Assembly (NCBI GenBank): GCA_964624735.1
Contig: CAZUXN010000002.1
Location: 1-43,282, forward strand
Direction of reading: 5' to 3'
Source of the DNA: Candidatus Woesearchaeota archaeon
GTDB taxonomy: Archaea > Nanobdellota > Nanobdellia > Pacearchaeales > GW2011-AR1
DNA: 43,282 bases
Every line of letters starts with the position of its first letter. Within the stretch, counting starts at the first letter, position 1. Below, one piece after another: positions 32,960 through 40,992 of the stretch. The translations under genes and the position numbers were made by a program. The notes under the pieces were generated by a model. It did not search any database. It was not told the DNA's origin and worked only from the letters and a program-made list of their open reading frames with translations.

Positions 32960-33708
32960 AATAGTCCGCGTTTTCTTATTCCGGTGTTGATAATTTCGAA
33001 TGCTAATTCTTTGACTGGGAGAGAGCGGTGTTTTTTTAGGATGAGTTTTCTTTTGTTGTTGTAGCCTTTGAGTTCGATTAGGCATTTGGACCAGTATTTT
33101 AGGAGGTCGCCGCCGACCATGGAAACGGAACGCTCTAGCGTTCCGTCGCTATTAGCTATTAGCTGTTTGCTTTTAGGTAAGAATTGGGAGTAGACTTGGT
33201 TTGTTACGATTACTGGGATATTTTGTTTTCTTGCGATTTCGTTTAAGGTTCTTAGTTGTTTTGCAAGTTTTCGGTTTACTTCTGAAATTTTTTCGTTGTT
33301 TTTTGATTGTATCGCTTCGCCGAGTTCGAGTCGGTAGAGCATTGCGATGCTGTCTATTATAATTAATGATATGTTTTCTTTTTTGACGTGTTTAAGCATT
33401 TGGTTGAAGGCTTTTTCTTGTTCTGTGAACGAGGTTGGCTTTAAGAGAAAAATGCTTTGAAGGGCGGCATCGATTTCTTCTTTTGTGCCTTGGTGAATTT
33501 GTTTGAAACGTTCGGTTGAGAATCCACCCTCGGTATCGATGAATATTACTTTGTTTCCTTTTCTGGCTTGGGATGTTGCGACGATGACGCAGAGGTTTGA
33601 TTTGCCTGAGCCGCCGGGGCCGTAGAGGGTCGTGATGATGTCGGTTTCGTAGCCGCCTTGGAGGAAGGTGTTTAGTTCGTATGAGCCGGCTGAGATTTTA
33701 TTGGTCAT
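32956..33708 (-). CDS. radB: RadB-like RecA-superfamily ATPase
   Basis: Walker A LYGPGGSGKSNL, Walker B-like LIIIDS. Start moved to MTNKISAGSYELN (ATG 33708), overlapping the upstream stop. Confidence 0.65.
   Translation of the reverse strand: MTNKISAGSYELNTFLQGGYETDIITTLYGPGGSGKSNLCVIVATSQARKGNKVIFIDTEGGFSTERFKQIHQGTKEEIDAALQSIFLLKPTSFTEQEKAFNQMLKHVKKENISLIIIDSIAMLYRLELGEAIQSKNNEKISEVNRKLAKQLRTLNEIARKQNIPVIVTNQVYSQFLPKSKQLIANSDGTLERSVSMVGGDLLKYWSKCLIELKGYNNKRKLILKKHRSLPVKELAFEIINTGIRKRGLF
33127..33179. repeat. 7-bp perfect hairpin plus five 7-nt units inside radB-like gene (antisense to the gene)
   Basis: GGAACGC-TCTA-GCGTTCC (33127-33144), then GTCGCTA TTAGCTA TTAGCTG TTTGCTT TTAGGTA (33145-33179). 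Encodes ..KQLIANSDGTLERSVS.. Confidence 0.8.
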
Positions 33709-34205
33709 TTGATTAGGTCCTTCAAGGTTAGTATTGAACTTACTGGAAATTCGAGGTTTGGGCTTGCTCTTTCTACTATAACGCATGCTTGGATATTTTT
33801 TACTCCAAATCTTTTTAGAATTTCTGCTGTAGCTGTGATTGATGAGCCGGTAGTGAATACATCATCAAGTATTGTTACATAATCATCGGTTGTTGGTATG
33901 TAGCCTTCAATTTGTTTTTCCATTCCATAATCTTTTTGTGTGTTTCTGATTGGGGATAGTGGAATATGATAAATGAGGTGATAGGCAGTAGCTATTGGGA
34001 TGCCTCCTATCCCTATTCCTGCAACACAGGTTGTATTTGCTGGTACAATGTTATGAAGGGACTGGGCGCAAAGTGGAAGAAATTCTGGATCTCTATATCC
34101 CGCTTTTATGTCAATATAAAAATTAGTTTTTTCTCCTGCTCGAAGTATATGGTCTCCAGGTTGGATTATACCTAATTCGTGAATTTTTGCAATTAATTCT
34201 TTCAT
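33705..34205 (-). CDS. Type I phosphoribosyltransferase, orotate PRTase-like
   Basis: PRPP loop VTILDDVFTTGSS, GIGIGGIPIATA. 166 aa. Confidence 0.65.
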   Translation of the reverse strand: MKELIAKIHELGIIQPGDHILRAGEKTNFYIDIKAGYRDPEFLPLCAQSLHNIVPANTTCVAGIGIGGIPIATAYHLIYHIPLSPIRNTQKDYGMEKQIEGYIPTTDDYVTILDDVFTTGSSITATAEILKRFGVKNIQACVIVERASPNLEFPVSSILTLKDLIK

Positions 34206-34264
34206 TGTGTTTTAGGTATATTGTTGATTAAATATATTTATATAGTGAGTAGCTATTAAAGTAT

Positions 34265-34543
34265 ATGGTGAGGAAGTCGGAGAGGGTTGAGTTGTTATGG
34301 AGAATTTTGGTTGGAATAGTTAGTGGAGTGATTTTGGGAATTTGGAAAGTGTTGGTTATTGTTTTGGCGATTGCGAACTGGTTTGTGGTTTTGTTTAATG
34401 GGAAAAGAGATAAAGGGCTTGCGGAATTTTGTGAATATTGGAACAGCGAAGTTTATATTTATGTTAGGTACTTGACTTTTGAGACAAATGAGAAGCCGTT
34501 TCCGTTTAGTGATTTGAAGAAGTTGGGAAAGTTTGAGAAGTAA
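34265..34543 (+). CDS. DUF4389-like small membrane protein
   Basis: Two TM helices, and WFVVLFNGKRDKGLAEFCEYWNSEVYIYVRYL resembles DUF4389. Confidence 0.5.
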   Translation: MVRKSERVELLWRILVGIVSGVILGIWKVLVIVLAIANWFVVLFNGKRDKGLAEFCEYWNSEVYIYVRYLTFETNEKPFPFSDLKKLGKFEK

Positions 34544-34798
34544 TCACTTTAGTTTTTTGAATTCGTCGACGGTTTTATCGATTTCTTTTTCGAGTGTTGC
34601 GATTGCTTTTTTTAGAAGTTTTTTTGGGTTGTCAGCTTCGATGTGGAGGATTGGGTTTTTTGTTGGGTGGTCGCGTTTCCATGCGGCGAGTTTTGCGCCT
34701 TCTTTGTTTAAGTAAACCCGGAGAACTTCTGCGATTGTTAAGCTTGATAATTCTATGTCAAGTTCGTTTTTTCCGTCTTTTATGATTTTAACTTCCAT
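34544..34798 (-). CDS. rpoL: DNA-directed RNA polymerase subunit L (Rpo11)
   Basis: 84 aa. ELDIELSSLTIAEVLRVYL...AAWKRDHPTKNPILHIEA fits the Rpo11/RpoL pattern. Confidence 0.75.
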   Translation of the reverse strand: MEVKIIKDGKNELDIELSSLTIAEVLRVYLNKEGAKLAAWKRDHPTKNPILHIEADNPKKLLKKAIATLEKEIDKTVDEFKKLK

Positions 34799-34886
34799 AT
34801 ATGTAATGGATAAAATTGGTTTTTAAGGTTATTGGATGTTTTTAAAAACTTGGTTTTGTCCAGTAGGTATCTCTGGTGAGATAAGA

Positions 34887-36935
34887 TTATTGATTTTCTA
34901 TTCTGGATATCCCGTCTTTCTTGATTCGGATTACGTGGTCGACGAAGCTTTCGATTTTTTCTTCGTGAGAGACAAGGATTGTTTGTTCGGCTTTTAGTTG
35001 TTCGAAAATATCTCGCATTTTGTCTATTTGTTCGGTTGCGAATCCGTCTGTTGGTTCGTCGAGGATTACGACATTCTTTGTTTTGATTTGCGAGAGCATA
35101 GAATTGAGAACTTTGTTTAAGGAAAGTCTATATGCTAATGCTATTGCTGTTCGTTCGCCTCCTGAGAGAAAGGCATAATCGATTTCATAATCTTGATTTG
35201 TAATTATCGGAGTAAAATCTTCGTTTAATCTTACTGATAAAGAATCTGATACTAGCATCGAGAACCATTCGGCGAAAATGTTTGAAAATTCGTTTCGAAG
35301 TTTTACCATAACGTTTTTTTCTGTGAGATTTATCATTGTGATGAATTTTTCTTGAAGCCAATCTTGTAATTCCCGTAGGTGATTGATTTGATTTCTAATT
35401 TTTTCTTTATCTTTTATTTCATCTGATAATTCTTTTAATCTTATTTTTAATAACTCTAACTCTTTGTTTTTTGTTGCTATTATAATTTCTTTTTTTCTAA
35501 ATATTTCATTTATTTCTTGTGCTTCTTTTTTTGCTTTGTCAAAAATTTTTTGAGATTCGTTAAAGGTTTGAATTTTTGTTTGAATTTGTTCTGCTTTATT
35601 TTGGAGTTCTTTTGTCTCATTTAATGTTATGTCGAGGACAAATGCGTCGCTTTTGATTTTTATTTCGATTATTTTTTGATGTTCGGCTTTTATTTTGTTT
35701 TGCTGTAAATTACTTTTATCTGTTTCATACTCTCTAACTAATTCTTTTTCTGTTTCTATTTCTTTGATTATGGATTGTTTTTGCTGGATTTTTTGTTCTA
35801 GTTCTCTGTTTATTTCTTCTATGTCGAATTGCATTCGTTTTGCGATTTTGTTTTTGTGTTCTTGTCCAACTGATTGGAAACAGGTCGGGCAATTTTCTAT
35901 GGAGATTATTTGTTCTCTAAGTTTTAGAGGTCTTTCTTTTTGGGAATTTAAAACCGATATCTGCGAGGATATCTTAAAAAATTTTAAGTTTTTTTCTTCT
36001 AAGGTTTGTCTGTGTTTTTCAACTAGTTTTATTATTGTTTTTAATTTTTCTTCTGAAAAATCTATTTTTTCATAAATTTGTTTTTGCATTAACATTATTT
36101 CTTTTTTAATTCGATTTTCTAATTCTCTTTTGCTTTGAATAAGTAAATTTGTTTTTATTAATTCTGATTTTAATTCTCTTTCCTTGTCGATTGTTTTTTG
36201 ACTTGATGTTAATTTTTCTTCGGATTTTTGTTTTATTAGAATGATATTTTGGTGTTCTAATTTTAGGTTGTTGATTTCTTTTGTTAATATTATTTTTTTT
36301 TCGTTTTCTAATGTAAATTTTTCTTTAAAAAGATTTAATTCTGAAGCAAAAATTTCTTTGATTTTTATTGTTTCTTTGATTTTCTGTAAAAGAATTTGAG
36401 AATTTTCTTTGATTTTTTTGTAACGATCAATGCCGAAAATGTGTCTTAATGTGTCGAGCCTAACTTCGGGTTTTTCTTGTATAATTGATTTCATTTCTTC
36501 TTGGGGAGTATAGACGGTGAATTTGTAGAGAAGATTTGATTTTTTTATGAATTCTTTTGGATAATTTAGAAGTTTAATTATTCTATCTTTCATTTCTGAT
36601 GTTGAAAGTTCTTCTCTTTTTGTGCCAATTGTAATGATGTTGGAATCTTGTGTTATACTGCCGTTTGATGATTTTTTTATTGTTCTTTCTAATATTATTG
36701 TTTTTCCGTCGATATCTATATCTAATTGTACATATGCCGCATCTGTTCCTTGTCTTAGAATTGATGTTCCTTTTTGTCCTGGTTGTAATCCGAAGAGTGC
36801 GAATTGTAATCCGAGAAGGACTGATGTTTTTCCTGAGCCTATGTCCCCAGCCAAAAGAACAGAGCCTTTTGGAAATTCAATTGTGAGATTTTTGTAGCTT
36901 CTAATGTTTTGTATGGTTAATTTTTTGAATAGCAT
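34887..36935 (-). CDS. rad50: Rad50 ATPase (short coiled coil)
   Basis: Walker A GDIGSGKTS, zinc hook CPTC, signature LSGGE, Walker B VVILDEPT. 682 aa. Confidence 0.9.
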   Translation of the reverse strand: MLFKKLTIQNIRSYKNLTIEFPKGSVLLAGDIGSGKTSVLLGLQFALFGLQPGQKGTSILRQGTDAAYVQLDIDIDGKTIILERTIKKSSNGSITQDSNIITIGTKREELSTSEMKDRIIKLLNYPKEFIKKSNLLYKFTVYTPQEEMKSIIQEKPEVRLDTLRHIFGIDRYKKIKENSQILLQKIKETIKIKEIFASELNLFKEKFTLENEKKIILTKEINNLKLEHQNIILIKQKSEEKLTSSQKTIDKERELKSELIKTNLLIQSKRELENRIKKEIMLMQKQIYEKIDFSEEKLKTIIKLVEKHRQTLEEKNLKFFKISSQISVLNSQKERPLKLREQIISIENCPTCFQSVGQEHKNKIAKRMQFDIEEINRELEQKIQQKQSIIKEIETEKELVREYETDKSNLQQNKIKAEHQKIIEIKIKSDAFVLDITLNETKELQNKAEQIQTKIQTFNESQKIFDKAKKEAQEINEIFRKKEIIIATKNKELELLKIRLKELSDEIKDKEKIRNQINHLRELQDWLQEKFITMINLTEKNVMVKLRNEFSNIFAEWFSMLVSDSLSVRLNEDFTPIITNQDYEIDYAFLSGGERTAIALAYRLSLNKVLNSMLSQIKTKNVVILDEPTDGFATEQIDKMRDIFEQLKAEQTILVSHEEKIESFVDHVIRIKKDGISRIENQ

Positions 36936-38131
36936 TATAATATTTGGGTTATCTCCAAAATATTTTTTAGTTCTGATAATAGTCTGTCTTCGTAGATTGT
37001 AATTTTTTCGTCTTCATTTTTTTCTATAGAGAGCGCTGTTATTAGTTGTGGTAAATATTTATTGAAATTTGTTGGATTTTTTTGCGAGTATTCATTCAAA
37101 ATTTTTCGTTCGATATTTTCGATATTATCTGTTAGGGATGATTCCATTTCAAACTCTGATTCTTGGACTTTGATTGAAGAAATGTTTCTGAGGAAAATGT
37201 ATGCTTGTTTCTTTTTTATGAATTCTTCTATTTCATTAAATCTAATGTCGCCGGTTTTCCCTTGAGTTAAAACTCCTCTTAGTTTTAATAAAACAATTTT
37301 GTTATTTAAATTGTGTTTATCTAATTCCGATATTATTTTTTGTGTTGCTATTAGTGCATTTGTGATTTCGATTTCGATTGAAACAACTTCTTTTATTGGA
37401 ATTTTGATGTTTTGTGTTTTTATTTTTCCGTTGGTGATTTCGCATAATTGGAAACTTCCATATTTTAAATCTGTTAGTTCTTGGAAGTTGTTTGGAAATG
37501 TCGGGCCAGGATAAATATAGCATGAGTTGTCTTCTCTTGTTTCAAAGATTTGGTGGATGTGCCCCATTGCATAGTAGTTTGATAGCGGGAGTTTGTGTTT
37601 TTCGATTGAATCCATTGGGATTGTCCCGATTACATCTTTGATTGTTGTGTGAATCATTAAGATTGTGAATGGATGTATTGATTCGAAATAGATTTTTTGG
37701 AGGTCTTCGATTTCCATTCCGGATTTTCTGCCGGGATATCCGTAGATTGCTATGTCGTCGTGCATTTGTGGTTTTAATTTTATTTTTCCGTCTTTTTGAT
37801 ATTCCCAGTTCTCGATATTCTTACAGAAGCCTGCTTTTTCTAGAACGTCTAAAAATGTCTTTCCTGAGGCTGAGAAGTCGTGTGAGCCGGCGATTAGGTA
37901 TACTGGGATTTTGGCGTCGTGGAGTTTTTTGAATTCTGCGAAAGATTCTTTTAGGATTTCGATTGGTGGGTATGCTGAGTCGAAGAGGTCGCCGGCAATT
38001 AGAATAAAGTCTACTTTTTCTTGAATACATAATTCGATTATTTTTTTGAAGGATTGGAAGTTTAGTTTTTGGAGTTCTTCTTGGCGCCAGCTTCCGAGGT
38101 GGCAGTCTGCTAAGTGTGCGAATTTTGTCAT
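36935..38131 (-). CDS. mre11: Mre11 nuclease
   Basis: HLADCHLG, AGDLFD, AGSHD, MIHTT, GHIH phosphoesterase motifs. Its stop overlaps the rad50 start. Confidence 0.9.
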   Translation of the reverse strand: MTKFAHLADCHLGSWRQEELQKLNFQSFKKIIELCIQEKVDFILIAGDLFDSAYPPIEILKESFAEFKKLHDAKIPVYLIAGSHDFSASGKTFLDVLEKAGFCKNIENWEYQKDGKIKLKPQMHDDIAIYGYPGRKSGMEIEDLQKIYFESIHPFTILMIHTTIKDVIGTIPMDSIEKHKLPLSNYYAMGHIHQIFETREDNSCYIYPGPTFPNNFQELTDLKYGSFQLCEITNGKIKTQNIKIPIKEVVSIEIEITNALIATQKIISELDKHNLNNKIVLLKLRGVLTQGKTGDIRFNEIEEFIKKKQAYIFLRNISSIKVQESEFEMESSLTDNIENIERKILNEYSQKNPTNFNKYLPQLITALSIEKNEDEKITIYEDRLLSELKNILEITQIL

Positions 38132-38172
38132 GGTTAGTAAAATTCTGGTTTGTTTATAAGGATTATTGGGGT

Positions 38173-38769
38173 TTAGTTTTGAAATTGTAGGATTAACAAT
38201 TCTTCCATAAATATTTTTTTCTTGGCGACGATTTTTGGGTTGTATTTTTTTATTCTGTTTATTGGGGTTAGGGTTGAGATTAGGAGGAATATTTTGCCGT
38301 TTTTGGTTAAATGTTTTTTTGCTTGTCTTAGGAATTTGATTGAAATTTCGTCGCCGTGTTTGCCGCCGGTTGTTGCAAGTTGTGAATCTTTTGGTTCTTT
38401 TTTATCGAAGGGGAGATAGGGAGCGTTGAATACTATCAAATCGAAACGATTTGATGTTGTTGGTTTTTGGTTTTTGGTTGTTGGTAATGGAATGTTTTTG
38501 AATAAGTTGGATTTTATTGCTTTGAATCCTTTTTGTTTTAGGAGTTTTACCGATTTTAGGTTGATGTCTATTGGGGTTATATTTTTTTTGTTTAGGAATT
38601 TTGAGGCTGTTTCTGATAGGATACCTGAGCCAGTGCCCATGTCTAACATTTTTATTGAAGATAAAAATGTGGGTGTTGGGTAGTGGGTGTTGGGTTGTAG
38701 GCTTTTGAGATATTTTTTTAGAAAGTTCGCGAAGAAGTATGAGTCTTCGGCTGTTTGATAAATTTCCAT
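38173..38769 (-). CDS. HemK/PrmC (Mtq2)-like SAM-dependent methyltransferase
   Basis: SAM motif LDMGTGSGIL and FNAPY (NPPY variant). Confidence 0.7.
   Translation of the reverse strand: MEIYQTAEDSYFFANFLKKYLKSLQPNTHYPTPTFLSSIKMLDMGTGSGILSETASKFLNKKNITPIDINLKSVKLLKQKGFKAIKSNLFKNIPLPTTKNQKPTTSNRFDLIVFNAPYLPFDKKEPKDSQLATTGGKHGDEISIKFLRQAKKHLTKNGKIFLLISTLTPINRIKKYNPKIVAKKKIFMEELLILQFQN
38435..38490. repeat. 9-bp perfect hairpin plus five 7-nt units inside the methyltransferase gene (antisense to the gene)
   Basis: ATCAAATCG-AAA-CGATTTGAT (38435-38455), then GTTGTTG GTTTTTG GTTTTTG GTTGTTG GTAATGG (38456-38490). Encodes ..PLPTTKNQKPTTSNRFD.. Confidence 0.85.
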
Positions 38770-38770
38770 T

Positions 38771-39109
38771 TTAGAATATTTTGTCCCAGAAAAGTCCGAG
38801 CAGTGCTGTGCTAATGAGAATTAATACTGCTATTGATATTAATATTATTAGAAATTTTTTTGATATTTGTTTTTTTTGATTTGGCTTTGGTGTCGTTGTA
38901 GATGATTGTGATTGTTGTTTTATTGGGTTTAGTGAGGCTGATGTTTGCTGAGCGATTTTTGAAGTTATGTTTATATTTTGAGCTGCTGCTTCGATTTCTT
39001 GTGGTTTATATCCTGCGCTGATGAAACTTTGCTTGGCTTTGGCTATACTTTCTCCTCTTAATAATGCGTTTTGTAATCCTCCAATTAATTCCTGTTCTCT
39101 ATCGGGCAT
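38771..39109 (-). CDS. Small C-terminally anchored membrane protein
   Basis: Start set at MPDREQEL (ATG 39109) to avoid overlap with RNase J. C-terminal TM FLIILISIAVLILISTALLGLF. Confidence 0.5.
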   Translation of the reverse strand: MPDREQELIGGLQNALLRGESIAKAKQSFISAGYKPQEIEAAAQNINITSKIAQQTSASLNPIKQQSQSSTTTPKPNQKKQISKKFLIILISIAVLILISTALLGLFWDKIF

Positions 39110-39117
39110 TTCTGGTG

Positions 39118-40449
39118 CTACAATTTTAGTATGCCTCCATCTTGCATTAAATGACATTGTTTGCCGAGTTTGTATCCGAGTTCTTTTGATAATTCTGCCA
39201 TTGGTTTCGTTTTGTCGAGACCGCCGTGTGCTGGGATTATATGTTGTGGGTTAATTATGTGTACTATGTCTCGGAGGTCCTCTCTTCCTGCGTGACCTGA
39301 AACATGGGCATCTCTGAAAATTCTTGGTTTACTTTTTTTTAGACGATTTTCCATTTTTGCAAATTGTTCTTTATTGATTGGAGTTGGGATTACGCTTGAT
39401 GAAAAAATGATGTTGTCGTCGCGATTTAATTTGAATGGAAGGTCGTGTCTGGATAATCTTTCGAGGATTGAGCCAGGTTCGCCCTGGTGTCCTGTGCAAA
39501 CAATCATATAATCTTTTCTTTTTATTTCTACTTTGTGTAATGTTTTTTCGACTTGTCGTCGGTATTTTGATATTTTTATATCATTGAGAAATGGCGCTAT
39601 GCCTACATTTTTTGCTGCTGTTGAATATTTGTCGAGACTTCTTCCTAGAAAAACGACTTCTCGATTTAGTTTTTTGCCGAATTCGACGATTGATTTTAGT
39701 CGCGCGATGTGTGATGAGAATGTTGTTACAATCATTCCTGCGTTTCTGTTTTGAATTGTCAAGAGAACTTCTTGGAGCAATGCTCTCGCAATTTTTTCTG
39801 ATGGAGTTTTTCTTTCTGAACCGGAATATAATGAGTCGACGATAAATACAAGAACTCCTTCTTTGGCGATTTCTCTTAGTCTTTTATAGTTTGGTTTTAG
39901 TCCGAACACTGGGGTATCGTCGAGTTTGAAATCATTTGCGTATAGTATTGCTCCCTTTGATGTATGTATTGCAATCATGAGACATTGTGCGGTTGAGTGA
40001 GTGATGTTTATGAAATCAATTTTGTATTTTTTGGTTTTGCCCCTGACATAAAAAGTTGTGTTTGGTTTGATTGTATAGATTTTGTTTCGAAGAACTATGT
40101 TATTGTCGCTGAGTAGGGAGTTGAGGACTTGGATTGTGAATGGGGTTCCGTAGACCGGAGCTTTGTATTTGTCGGATAAAAATGGGATTGCGCCGACGTG
40201 GTCGAGGTGAGCGTGGCTGACAAATTGTGCTCGGATTTTGTGTTTGATTTTTTTTATGACAGAATCTTCTGGGATTGCATTGATTGATTTTAGTTTTCGT
40301 TCGGTCATAATTTTATCTCGTTCGTTCATTGAGACTATTGCTGGAAGAAAGAAGCCTTCATCGAAAATAAACGCGTCTTCTTCGAGTTCGACTACTACCA
40401 TATTTTTTCCGACTTCTGAGAACCCGCCAACTGTGTATATTTTCACCAT
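39118..40449 (-). CDS. rnj: RNase J-like beta-CASP metallo-beta-lactamase ribonuclease
   Basis: HAHLDHVGAIP (HxHxDH). beta-CASP motifs ..DSLYSG.. and ..HVSGHAG... 443 aa. Confidence 0.8.
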   Translation of the reverse strand: MVKIYTVGGFSEVGKNMVVVELEEDAFIFDEGFFLPAIVSMNERDKIMTERKLKSINAIPEDSVIKKIKHKIRAQFVSHAHLDHVGAIPFLSDKYKAPVYGTPFTIQVLNSLLSDNNIVLRNKIYTIKPNTTFYVRGKTKKYKIDFINITHSTAQCLMIAIHTSKGAILYANDFKLDDTPVFGLKPNYKRLREIAKEGVLVFIVDSLYSGSERKTPSEKIARALLQEVLLTIQNRNAGMIVTTFSSHIARLKSIVEFGKKLNREVVFLGRSLDKYSTAAKNVGIAPFLNDIKISKYRRQVEKTLHKVEIKRKDYMIVCTGHQGEPGSILERLSRHDLPFKLNRDDNIIFSSSVIPTPINKEQFAKMENRLKKSKPRIFRDAHVSGHAGREDLRDIVHIINPQHIIPAHGGLDKTKPMAELSKELGYKLGKQCHLMQDGGILKL

Positions 40450-40524
40450 TTAATTATATGTTAGTGGTTTGAGTTTTTAAATTATTGTAGTAATGTTTTT
40501 AACCTTGCTGGAATTTAACTTGTT

Positions 40525-40992
40525 ATGAATAAAAAAGGTTTGATTGGGTTGGTTGTTGTAATTATAGTTTTGTTAGTTGTGGGATTTTTTTGGTTTGTAA
40601 GAAATTATGATTTTACTAATGAGAAAAATCTTGTAAATAATATTTCTCAGACGGCGAACCCTGCATCTGTTTATTGCGTTAATCAAGGTAATAAATTAGA
40701 AATAAGAGATGAGGACGGGGGGCAGATAGGATATTGTGTTTCTGCCGACGGGCAGGAATGTGAGGAGTGGGATTTTTTTAGGGGAGATTGTTCTTTTGAA
40801 GGAATTCAAAAATGTGTTCCTGCGAGTTGTTGTCATGCTTCTTCGTGTGTTTTGGAAAGTAGTGCTCCGAATTGTAGCATGACTATGTGCACTCAAGAAT
40901 GCCGTGGTGGGACGATGGATTGTGGAGTGGGAAATTGTGCATTTGTCGACGGGAATTGTGAGGTGAAATGGAATGAGAAAACTCTGGGTTAG
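40525..40992 (+). CDS. Secreted/anchored DUF333-domain protein with Cys-rich tail
   Basis: N-terminal TM/signal, NPASVYCVNQGN..GYCV..GQECEEWDFFRGDC (DUF333 pattern), then 11 more Cys. Confidence 0.6.
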   Translation: MNKKGLIGLVVVIIVLLVVGFFWFVRNYDFTNEKNLVNNISQTANPASVYCVNQGNKLEIRDEDGGQIGYCVSADGQECEEWDFFRGDCSFEGIQKCVPASCCHASSCVLESSAPNCSMTMCTQECRGGTMDCGVGNCAFVDGNCEVKWNEKTLG

